From NCBI GenBank assembly GCA_041496385.1, contig JBGQEL010000029.1, positions 1 through 43,303 of the forward strand: a stretch of DNA of 43,303 nt, written 5' to 3'. This document shows positions 27,615-35,527 of this stretch, piece after piece; the first letter of the stretch is position 1; each line of letters begins with the position of its first letter. The position numbers and the translations under genes are program-made. The stretch is from Candidatus Methylomirabilia bacterium. GTDB taxonomy: Bacteria > Methylomirabilota > Methylomirabilia > Rokubacteriales > CSP1-6. Below the pieces are notes generated by a model. It saw only the letters and a program-made list of their open reading frames with translations. It was not told the origin of the DNA and ran no database searches.

Positions 27615-28333
27615 GCGACGGCCTCGATCCCCAGCTCTTCGCCGGCAGCCCGGTGCGGGACTCGCGCTTCAGCGTGAAGGAGACCTGGGCCGATATGACC
27701 AACCTGCCGCCGGAGGATCCGCGCCACCGTCGCGAATTCCTGCACCGGCAGATGCACGAGGAGTTGAACGGGATCGAGATGGCCGCGCGCAACCTCACCG
27801 ACTTCCCCGACGCCCCCTGGGCGCTGCGGCTCGCGATCGCGCGCCAGTGCTGGGACGAGGCCCGTCACGTCGAGGTGTTCCGGCGCGCGTGCGAGCGTCG
27901 CGGCGGGGACGTCGGCGAGTTTCCCGTGCTGTGCTTCCAGTACCGGATCATCACGAGGATCGACTCCCTCGCGGGCCGACTCGCCGTACAGAACCGGAGT
28001 TTCGAAGCCGCGGGCATCGACGCCATCAAAGCGGGCATCGTCGAGGCGCGCGCCGCCGGCGAGGTCGACATGGTCGAGTTGCTGGACACCCAGCTCGCCG
28101 ACGAGGTGCAGCACGTTCGCTACGCGAACACCTGGGTCAGGAAGCTCACGGAGGACGGCGGCCCGAAGGCGACCTTCGACGTGGCGCGCGCGGTCTCGCA
28201 GGCCAATCGAGCGCTCCAGGTCGTGGCCGGGGAGGCCATCGTGAGCTATCCCGTCGACGAGGACGTGCGTCAGGAGGCGGGCTTCAACCAGGCCGAGATC
28301 GACGCGGTCAAGGCATTCCCGATCCGGCGGTAG
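27611..28333 (+). CDS. DUF455-like ferritin-fold diiron protein B (paralog of A)
   Basis: HRQMHEEL, ARQCWDEARH, FEAAGID, DEVQHV; GTGA overlap with protein A. Confidence 0.8.
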   Translation: MSDGLDPQLFAGSPVRDSRFSVKETWADMTNLPPEDPRHRREFLHRQMHEELNGIEMAARNLTDFPDAPWALRLAIARQCWDEARHVEVFRRACERRGGDVGEFPVLCFQYRIITRIDSLAGRLAVQNRSFEAAGIDAIKAGIVEARAAGEVDMVELLDTQLADEVQHVRYANTWVRKLTEDGGPKATFDVARAVSQANRALQVVAGEAIVSYPVDEDVRQEAGFNQAEIDAVKAFPIRR

Positions 28334-28344
28334 GGACGACGGCG

Positions 28345-28818
28345 ATGGAGCTCGACGGCGCTCGGCTGCGCGCCGTCGCTGAACTGTGGCGACGAAGCGG
28401 GCGCGAAGTGACGACGCAATTCGGGGGAACGAGCATGCTGCCGACGATCCCCCCTGGTGTCGACGTGGTGCTCCAGTGTCCGGCCAGCCCCAAGGTCGGC
28501 GATATCATCGCCTACGTGCGTGCCGATCGCCTCGTCGTCCACCGCGTCGTGACTCTGTCCGACACGTCGGGCTGGGTCCTGACCTGTGGGGACGCGGAGG
28601 TCGTACCCGATCCTCCGATCACCGACCCGACCAGTGTCATCGGCACCGTCACGAAGGTTCGCCGCGATGGCACGCTGGTCATCCCCCCACCCGCTCCTCC
28701 GTCACTGCCGCGACGGCTCGGCGTCCTGGCCTGCGAGGTCGCGCTCCGCCTGAACGTTCCGCTCGGTCGGCGCGTCATCCGGGTGCTCAGGCTCGTCACG
28801 AAAGGGAGAGTCCGATGA
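28345..28818 (+). CDS. S24/S26 (signal peptidase I-like) serine peptidase
   Basis: ATG at 28345; GTSMLPT, GDII, VVHRV (Ser-His type), TCGD...D. Confidence 0.8.
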   Translation: MELDGARLRAVAELWRRSGREVTTQFGGTSMLPTIPPGVDVVLQCPASPKVGDIIAYVRADRLVVHRVVTLSDTSGWVLTCGDAEVVPDPPITDPTSVIGTVTKVRRDGTLVIPPPAPPSLPRRLGVLACEVALRLNVPLGRRVIRVLRLVTKGRVR

Positions 28819-29348
28819 ACACGACTCGACGCGCGATCATGACGGCCCTCGGGGTGGTGGGCGGGCTGCCGCTGGTGTTTTCGCGGCGCTCGCAGGCCGA
28901 GGCGGCGGGCCAGCCCAGGCTGCTGGCCACGGCGAATCAGAAGCAGACGATGCCGCCCTGGCCGTGGCCCGCCAACCCCTCGCCGAGAGTCCGCTTTCCC
29001 GTCGTGGAGGCGGACACTGAGCAGGCGTGGGACGGAACGGTATGGGCGCCCAGCGCGGGGCTCTGGCTCGTGTCGGCGCAGATCATGATGGATGAGATCA
29101 CGGCCTCGACCAAGCTCATCTTCACGATGATCCCGAACGACCAGTTCAGACAGGCGACGCTCGTCACCACGGTGTGGGCTGAGCCGCATCCGGGTGTCTG
29201 CACCCCGACGCTGCAGTTCACATCACTGCTCAAGACGCCGCCGAGCATGCGCTACTCCTTCACACTCTGGCACGGGCTCGCGCAGTCGCAAGCGATCAGC
29301 GCCTTCGGCGTCGCGAACCGCTTCAGCGCCGTGAAGCTCGACAGCTGA
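28815..29348 (+). CDS. Tat-exported beta-sandwich protein, C1q-like
   Basis: ATG at 28815 overlaps the peptidase stop; TRRAIM twin-Arg signal with AEA cleavage site; V.F.....D...AWD....APSAGLWLVSAQI...FSAVKL resembles the C1q pattern. Confidence 0.55.
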   Translation: MNTTRRAIMTALGVVGGLPLVFSRRSQAEAAGQPRLLATANQKQTMPPWPWPANPSPRVRFPVVEADTEQAWDGTVWAPSAGLWLVSAQIMMDEITASTKLIFTMIPNDQFRQATLVTTVWAEPHPGVCTPTLQFTSLLKTPPSMRYSFTLWHGLAQSQAISAFGVANRFSAVKLDS

Positions 29349-29366
29349 AGCCGCCCCCCCCTCCGG

Positions 29367-30500
29367 TCAGCGAGGCAGGCCGGCGACGACCTCGTAGATT
29401 CGTTCGGCCATCAGCCGGTTGCCGTCGGGCGAGAGGTGGCACATCGTGATATAGACGGTGTCGCGCCTGTCGTCGAGGGCCGTGGCGAGGTAGTGGAGAT
29501 GGCGTCGGTTGGCTGCGCGGACGAGGCCGTAGGTCTTGCGGTAGAAGTCCGGTAGCGCGCCGAGGCTCGTGCCACCGGGGGGTTGGGTCGCCCATTCCTC
29601 CTCGGCTGTCAGCCGCTTGCCCTCCGCGAAGGCCACCGGCTGCCAGAAGAACTCGTAGCGGAAGCCATACTTCGTGGCGAGGGCGTCGACGGCGTCCATG
29701 GTCGTCAAGTAGTTGCGGACGATCTCCGGCGCGAGGCGATCGAGGTCGGCCGGGCCGAGGGGCGAGCTCAACCGCCCGCGCTTCTTGGCCACGATCTGCC
29801 GGAGCAGCTCGGCGATATTGGTCTGGTCCAGGTACGCGAGGCCCGGGCTGCCACTCCTTCGCTGCTGTTGCGTCCAGTCCTTGATCTCCCGGAAGTTCGC
29901 GTGGACGTCCACCCGACCTTCGACATATGGATTCAGGACGTCGTCGCAGCCCTGGTAGAAGATCACGAGGTCGGGCCTCCGCGGCGCCCACTTCAGCTCC
30001 AGGACCAGGGCGACCAGCGCCGGGGTGCTCGTCCATCCGATCTCGCCGTAGTTGCGCACGCACACGGTCCGGCCCGCCTTCGCGTACCGTTCGGCGAGTC
30101 GGGACGGAATCGTGGCCCAGTCCGCGACGCCGTATCCCCACACCGTCGGCCCGCCGAAGACATCGATCGTGTAGGCGTCGCCCTCGCAGTGCGAGGGCTC
30201 CGTGCGCCGGCGTCCCTGCTCGTCGATGACGATGGCGCGCCCGCGATAGGGCGGCATCCGCCACCCGACGAATGAGCGGTAGGCTCCCGGCCAGACGATC
30301 GCCTCGCGATGCTCGCGCCAGTAGTCCGGCGCCCACGGCTGATCACGATAGACCGACAGGGCGGCCCTGGGGCTCAGCATCTGTCGTATCCGATGGTGCC
30401 GCCAGCTCAGCACCGCGAACGCTCCGACCTCGGCGAGCGCCAGCGACAAGAGGCTCAGGGCGAGCACCGTCAGGACGATTCCGACCCGGCGGCGAGTCAT
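29367..30500 (-). CDS. SGNH/GDSL hydrolase-fold membrane-anchored protein with substituted catalytic residues
   Basis: FGGPTVWGYG, NYG, PDLVIFYQGCDD, FWQP, ITMCHLSPDGN. Confidence 0.75.
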   Translation of the reverse strand: MTRRRVGIVLTVLALSLLSLALAEVGAFAVLSWRHHRIRQMLSPRAALSVYRDQPWAPDYWREHREAIVWPGAYRSFVGWRMPPYRGRAIVIDEQGRRRTEPSHCEGDAYTIDVFGGPTVWGYGVADWATIPSRLAERYAKAGRTVCVRNYGEIGWTSTPALVALVLELKWAPRRPDLVIFYQGCDDVLNPYVEGRVDVHANFREIKDWTQQQRRSGSPGLAYLDQTNIAELLRQIVAKKRGRLSSPLGPADLDRLAPEIVRNYLTTMDAVDALATKYGFRYEFFWQPVAFAEGKRLTAEEEWATQPPGGTSLGALPDFYRKTYGLVRAANRRHLHYLATALDDRRDTVYITMCHLSPDGNRLMAERIYEVVAGLPR

Positions 30501-30522
30501 GCGCAGTCCACGAACATCCGAA

Positions 30523-31407
30523 TCAGCACTGCGGGCGACCATAGCGTGGGGCCTCCGAGGTGTCAACGCCGCGAGCCCTGCCCACGAGGCGCGCCCAGGG
30601 CACGAAGAGCAGGACCAGCGGCAGGCCTGGCGAGAAGATCCGCATCGTGTTCACGATGCCCACGTGGAACAGGAGCGCAGCGGGGACGAGGAGCGCGGCG
30701 GCCCGAGGTGAGACGACGGCTAGGGGGAACAGGAACTCGAGTAGGGCTGTCGCGACGACGATCGTCCAGCATACGGCGGGGTGATCGGCCACCCAGAGCG
30801 CCCAGGGCGGCTCGGTCATGGACCAGTGGGCCAGGGCGAAGCCGCGAATGGTCTCCGCGGTGAACCAGCCCAGTCGTCCATGATAGAGCTTCGCGATGCC
30901 GGCCACGAAGTACGTGAAGGCGAACAACAGCTGGACGAGCGCCACCGGCCAGCGGTACTCGGCGGAGGCCGCGCGCCCCCGCACCGGGATCTCCGCGAAG
31001 GATAGTACGAAGAGCCCGAGGACGGGCACGGTGAGCCCTCCGAAGAACGTGTGGGGCATTCCGACGATGATTTCCTCCACCGGCGCGAAATGGTAGAGGA
31101 GGATCGCCGACACCAAGCAGCTGAGCCGGGAACGGAGGCCGAGCCCCGCGGCCAGGAGTGCCACGTGCAGGAGACCGAACAGCGCACGCTCCAGGAACAG
31201 CGACCCGGTGAGGCCGAATCGAAGCCGTGTGAAACCGCTGACACCCATCCAGAACTCGGCCGGCCACGCGGTCAGCTCGGGGAGATCCGGGCGGGACAGC
31301 AGGATCCAGAATGCCTGGACGACGAGCAGAACGCGTACCGCGGTCAGGTCGATGGGAGACGCCGGCCTGAAAAAGACGTCGTTCCACACCTCGCGGAGGC
31401 GCCTCAT
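30523..31407 (-). CDS. HTTM-domain membrane protein, copy 2
   Basis: W..VFF...L.AVR, YRWPVALVQ, YFVAGIAKL...W, E, FHVG, FVPW. Confidence 0.75.
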   Translation of the reverse strand: MRRLREVWNDVFFRPASPIDLTAVRVLLVVQAFWILLSRPDLPELTAWPAEFWMGVSGFTRLRFGLTGSLFLERALFGLLHVALLAAGLGLRSRLSCLVSAILLYHFAPVEEIIVGMPHTFFGGLTVPVLGLFVLSFAEIPVRGRAASAEYRWPVALVQLLFAFTYFVAGIAKLYHGRLGWFTAETIRGFALAHWSMTEPPWALWVADHPAVCWTIVVATALLEFLFPLAVVSPRAAALLVPAALLFHVGIVNTMRIFSPGLPLVLLFVPWARLVGRARGVDTSEAPRYGRPQC

Positions 31408-32021
31408 CGCTCTCTGTACTCGCTCAGCAGCGTCCGCGTCCGGCTCGCCGGATCGCGACGCAGGCGCTCAGGGACGCGGCACACGCGATAGACGCGAAGG
31501 CCCACGTAGGGCGTGGGCGTGACCTCCGTGGACCTCCGCACGAGCCACCAGTAGGGTGCACTCAGCGCCGGCCCGAGACGCCGGTCGTAGCCGATCGGTC
31601 GACCTGCGGCGAGCTGACCGCGGCCGGCCTCGGCACGCGAGAGGAGGAACCCGAGCGCCGTCCGCTTGCGGTCCTCGGGCAGCGACGCGAAGTAGTAGTC
31701 GAACCACGTCTGCAGGGTCGAGTCGAACACCGGCGACCACGTGTAGGGATCGACCCTCCACTCTCGTCCGGCGGCATCCACGCCCCAGAACTCGTCCAAG
31801 CAGACCGGCCGATCGGCGCGGGCCCGGAAGGCGGCGAGCGTATAGGTCGTGAAGGGCCAGGCGTCCCGCTGGGTCACCGCCACGAACCCGCTCGCCACGA
31901 GCGTGTAGCCCAGGAACACGTTCACAGCGCGTCGGCGCGCCTCACCGTTCGCCGAACGGAGGCACTTCAGACCCAACCCGACGAAGACCAGGAGCAACGC
32001 GAGCCGAGCCAGCTCGTCCAA
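31404..32021 (-). CDS. HTTM-partner membrane protein, copy 2
   Basis: DAWPFTTY, VDPYTWSP, RRLGPALSAPY; 4-bp overlap with HTTM copy 2. Confidence 0.7.
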   Translation of the reverse strand: MDELARLALLLVFVGLGLKCLRSANGEARRRAVNVFLGYTLVASGFVAVTQRDAWPFTTYTLAAFRARADRPVCLDEFWGVDAAGREWRVDPYTWSPVFDSTLQTWFDYYFASLPEDRKRTALGFLLSRAEAGRGQLAAGRPIGYDRRLGPALSAPYWWLVRRSTEVTPTPYVGLRVYRVCRVPERLRRDPASRTRTLLSEYRER

Positions 32022-32030
32022 GGCGCCTCG

Positions 32031-33083
32031 TCAGGCGCGCGCGTCGAACACGAGAGCCATCGGCGCATCCGGCAGTCTCCGCACCCGGGTGAAACCGGCA
32101 CCGAGAAGGAGATCGCGGACCCATCGAGCGCCGCCCAGCACACCGCTACCGCCGCCCTCGGCGCGAGCCACCGGCAGACAGTAGAGCGCGGCGGCGGCCG
32201 AGGCGAGCCGGCCGGTAAGGTTCAGGTTGTCCTCCGTCCGCTCGGCCACCAGGGGCTCGGCGACCAGCCAGGCGCCGTCCGGCGCGAGGGCCTCTCTCAC
32301 GTGTCGTGCAATCGACGTCGGATCACCCACCTCGTGAAGAGTATCGAGGCTCATGATCAGATCGAATCCTCCGCGGGCGAGGGTGGAGGCCGGCGCCTCG
32401 TCGAAACGGACCGTCGCCGAAAGACCCAGCTCGTCGGCGCGACGTTGCGCCCGCTCGATGGACGGGCGGTGGGGATCGAGGCCGACAAAGCGGGACTTCG
32501 GGAACGCCCGGGCGAGCGTCAGAACGGCGCTGCCGCCGCCGCAGCCGACGTCCGCGACGTGCGCGCCCGCATCGAGCTTCGCCATGACGCCATCGAGCGC
32601 CGGGAGCCACGACGCGAGGAGCTGTGCGCCGTGTCGCACGCCGAACGAACGCTCGATGCCCTCACGGACGTCCGGGCTGAACGCGTCAGCCGGCACGCCG
32701 AGGCCCCGGCGGAAGGCCGCTGTGACGCGGCCCCTGCCCTCGATCGTCCCCAAGGCGAACTGGAACGCGCCGACGAGGAAGACGTCGCTGTCCTCTCGGG
32801 CGAAGATCTCCGCCTGCTCCTCCGTGAGCCGGAACGTCCCTGCGCCGGCGTCGTGCTCGACGTAGCCGCCCGCCGCCTGGTTGAGCAGCCAGGCCTCGAC
32901 GTACCGCTCGTCCACACCGGTCTCGCCGGCGAGCCCGGCCGCGGTCGTGGCACCCGTTCGAACGAGGGCGCGGTAGAGCCCGAGGCGATCCCCGACGTCG
33001 ACCAGCGCCGCGCTCTGCGCGGCGGCGAGATCGTGGAAGACTCGGGCGAGGAGCACGTGAAGCTTCGCCCGGTTGAGAGACAT
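32031..33083 (-). CDS. Class I SAM-dependent methyltransferase with N-terminal winged helix (Rv2258c-like)
   Basis: GDRLGLY, ERYVEAWL.NQAAGGY, VADVGCGGG, FPKSRFVGLD, LHE. Confidence 0.88.
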   Translation of the reverse strand: MSLNRAKLHVLLARVFHDLAAAQSAALVDVGDRLGLYRALVRTGATTAAGLAGETGVDERYVEAWLLNQAAGGYVEHDAGAGTFRLTEEQAEIFAREDSDVFLVGAFQFALGTIEGRGRVTAAFRRGLGVPADAFSPDVREGIERSFGVRHGAQLLASWLPALDGVMAKLDAGAHVADVGCGGGSAVLTLARAFPKSRFVGLDPHRPSIERAQRRADELGLSATVRFDEAPASTLARGGFDLIMSLDTLHEVGDPTSIARHVREALAPDGAWLVAEPLVAERTEDNLNLTGRLASAAAALYCLPVARAEGGGSGVLGGARWVRDLLLGAGFTRVRRLPDAPMALVFDARA

Positions 33084-33089
33084 ACCGAC

Positions 33090-33953
33090 TCAGGCTCCGG
33101 CACGCCGGACGCGGTGGCCGTGTCCGAGACGGAGGAATGGGGCTGCGAACTGGCTGAAAAAGGACTCGGGCAGCTTGGGCTCCGGAATGCCGAACGCTCT
33201 TGGCGGGCGCGTGGCCCGGGCCGCGGTCCCGAAGAGATGATCCCAGAGGCTGAAGGTCATCCCGAAGTTGTGGTTGGCGTGCTCGGGCTCGATCGAGTGG
33301 TGGAGCGCGTGGTAGCGTGGACTGACGAAAATCAGCTCGAGAGGACCGAAGCTCCAGCGGTAGCCCGAGTGCGCCAACAGATTGATCCAGGTGAAGACCA
33401 GCCCGACGAGCAGCCACATCTCCGGCGGGGGGCCCAGAAGAACATAGACCACAATGATGGTGAGACCGTGCAGCGCGTAGTCGATGAAATGGAAACGAAA
33501 GTTCGTCAACGGAGCGAGCGCCTCCTGCGAATGGTGGATCTGGTGAAAGGCCCACAGCACGCGGCTCGAGTGGGTCCACCGGTGCAACCAGTACCGTGCG
33601 ACGTCCAGAACCGCCAGCGCAACGACGGCCCGAATGGCGACTGGCAGGCGCGCCAGGAGATTCAATTCGAGGAACGGCAGAAAGCCCATGAGAAGACGCT
33701 TGAAGACCCACCCGATCGGCCCGCCGAACAGGATCGCGTAGAAGCCGCCGAGATAGAAGACCGTGTACAGCGCGTCGGTCCGTGCGCCCCGCCCGAAATA
33801 TCGGGAGGTGTCGTACCGCGCCAGGCGCTCGGCGCCGATCGCGACCACCAAGAAGCCAACGAGAGCACCCACGTTGACCACGACGTCCGATGCCAGATAG
33901 AAGCTCCGCAGCTTCGAGAGCGCGAACCCTGCGAGGCCGATGACTAGGTCCAC
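33090..33953 (-). CDS. Sterol desaturase / fatty acid hydroxylase family membrane diiron enzyme
   Basis: His boxes YWLHRWTH, FHQIHHS, HSG, YHALHH; NFG...WDHLFGT. Start (GTG 33953) is approximate. Confidence 0.9.
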   Translation of the reverse strand: MDLVIGLAGFALSKLRSFYLASDVVVNVGALVGFLVVAIGAERLARYDTSRYFGRGARTDALYTVFYLGGFYAILFGGPIGWVFKRLLMGFLPFLELNLLARLPVAIRAVVALAVLDVARYWLHRWTHSSRVLWAFHQIHHSQEALAPLTNFRFHFIDYALHGLTIIVVYVLLGPPPEMWLLVGLVFTWINLLAHSGYRWSFGPLELIFVSPRYHALHHSIEPEHANHNFGMTFSLWDHLFGTAARATRPPRAFGIPEPKLPESFFSQFAAPFLRLGHGHRVRRAGA

Positions 33954-33957
33954 GCGG

Positions 33958-34851
33958 TCATCCGGCGCGTCGCGAGCGTAGCACGGCGTTCCAGTCGACG
34001 AAGACGAGCAGCAGGCCGACATTCTGGAAAAAGATGCGGAAGAGCACCGAGTTGAGGACGTGGAACACGAGGGCGGCCGGCAAGAAGAGCCATCGGGCCA
34101 CACGGGAGACGAGGACGAGTGGGAATCCAAGATCGAAGAGCATACCCGCCCAGGCGATGGCCCCGCACAGCAGCGAGTACTGGGCGACGACGTACCCCCA
34201 GGACTCCTGTGGCGAGGCCGTCAGTACCTGATTGAGCACGAGCAGGTGGCCGCGGATATTCGCCGCCGTGATCCAGTCGAGGCCATTGGCTACGATCTTC
34301 GCATAGCCTGCGAAGAAGTAGATCTGGCTGAAGAGCACTTCCACGAGCGCCAGTGGCCAGCGGTATTGCCACGCGGGCGCCGGCCCGGCGCGGCCGCTGC
34401 CGCGGCGCAGCGCGAGCGCGTCCCCGCACGGCGCGACCGAGAGGATCAGCAGGCCGAGGGCCGGGATCGTGAACCCCCTCAGATAGGGGTTCGTTGTCCA
34501 GTGGAGGGTCTCGAACGGACCGAAATGGTACAGGAGCAGCCCGCTCAGGAAGCAGGTGAGCCGCGGCACGACGCCGAGCAGCGCGAGCGCGAGGGCGACG
34601 TGGAGCACGGCATAGAGCGCGCGCTCGACGTCCAGGCCGAAGACGGCGAAGAACCGCAGGCGCGGCGCCATCCCGACGCTCGCCCAGAGCCCGGGCACAG
34701 TTTCCACAGACGGCAGGTCGGGTCGCGAGAGCACCATCCAGAGACCAGTCGCCGCGAGAAGGATGCGCGCGGCGGCGAGATTTCGGGGTGACTCGGGCCG
34801 GAACCAGAAGGCCGCCCACCACCCCGGGCGCTCAGCCTGCGTCACGGTCAC
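33958..34851 (-). CDS. HTTM-domain membrane protein, copy 3
   Basis: FWFRPESPRNLAAARI, YRWPLAL, YFFAGYAKI...DW, FHVLNSVLF, FVDW. Start GTG at 34851 or 34845. Confidence 0.75.
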   Translation of the reverse strand: MTVTQAERPGWWAAFWFRPESPRNLAAARILLAATGLWMVLSRPDLPSVETVPGLWASVGMAPRLRFFAVFGLDVERALYAVLHVALALALLGVVPRLTCFLSGLLLYHFGPFETLHWTTNPYLRGFTIPALGLLILSVAPCGDALALRRGSGRAGPAPAWQYRWPLALVEVLFSQIYFFAGYAKIVANGLDWITAANIRGHLLVLNQVLTASPQESWGYVVAQYSLLCGAIAWAGMLFDLGFPLVLVSRVARWLFLPAALVFHVLNSVLFRIFFQNVGLLLVFVDWNAVLRSRRAG

Positions 34852-35527
34852 GATACTCGAGCCGGAGGGTCCGGGTGACCCTTTGCTCGTCCTGGAAGCG
34901 CTCCTCGACGTTCCACTCGAGTGCCCACACGCGGACGGCAACGAAGGCGGTCGGTGGTACGTCGGCGGCGGTGCGCCACGCGCCCCGCGCGTGGCCATGA
35001 TACGGCGCGGCCAGCGGCCCCAGGAGCCACTCGTTCGCCGCGAAACGCCGGCCGGTGACGAGCCGCTGGCGGGCGTGCTCGGCCCGCTCGAGGACGAAGC
35101 GGCCGATGGCGGCGCGGCTCGCAGGATCGAGCGCCGAAAGGCTCTTGGACATCCAGACGCCCAGCTCGTCGGGCGACAGGGGCTGCAGCACGGCGGGGTC
35201 GATGACCCACGAACGCCCGGAGCCGTCCAGCCCCTGCAGCTCCCACGATGCCGAACGCTTCGCGGCCACGTTGCGGACGAGCGCCCAATGGGTGAACGGC
35301 CAGGCTTCCTGCTGGAAGAAGCCCGTCGCGCAGGACGCGGCGAGGACGTAGACGATGAGCGTATTCACCGCCCCGCGGGTCCGCGGACTGGACCACCCGG
35401 CACGCGCCCGCCATCCCACAAGCAAGACGAGCGTCACGAATCCCACGAATACCGCCAGGCGAGCCATGTCGGCGACCGGCAGGAGCCACGGGTGCTCTCG
35501 GACGAGCTGTCGGAGAACCGCCGTCAC
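34832..35527 (-). CDS. HTTM-partner membrane protein, copy 3
   Basis: EAWPFTHW, IDPAVLQPLSPDEL..W, WLLGPLAAPY; GTG at 35527 overlaps the upstream stop. Confidence 0.7.
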   Translation of the reverse strand: MTAVLRQLVREHPWLLPVADMARLAVFVGFVTLVLLVGWRARAGWSSPRTRGAVNTLIVYVLAASCATGFFQQEAWPFTHWALVRNVAAKRSASWELQGLDGSGRSWVIDPAVLQPLSPDELGVWMSKSLSALDPASRAAIGRFVLERAEHARQRLVTGRRFAANEWLLGPLAAPYHGHARGAWRTAADVPPTAFVAVRVWALEWNVEERFQDEQRVTRTLRLEYRDRDAG

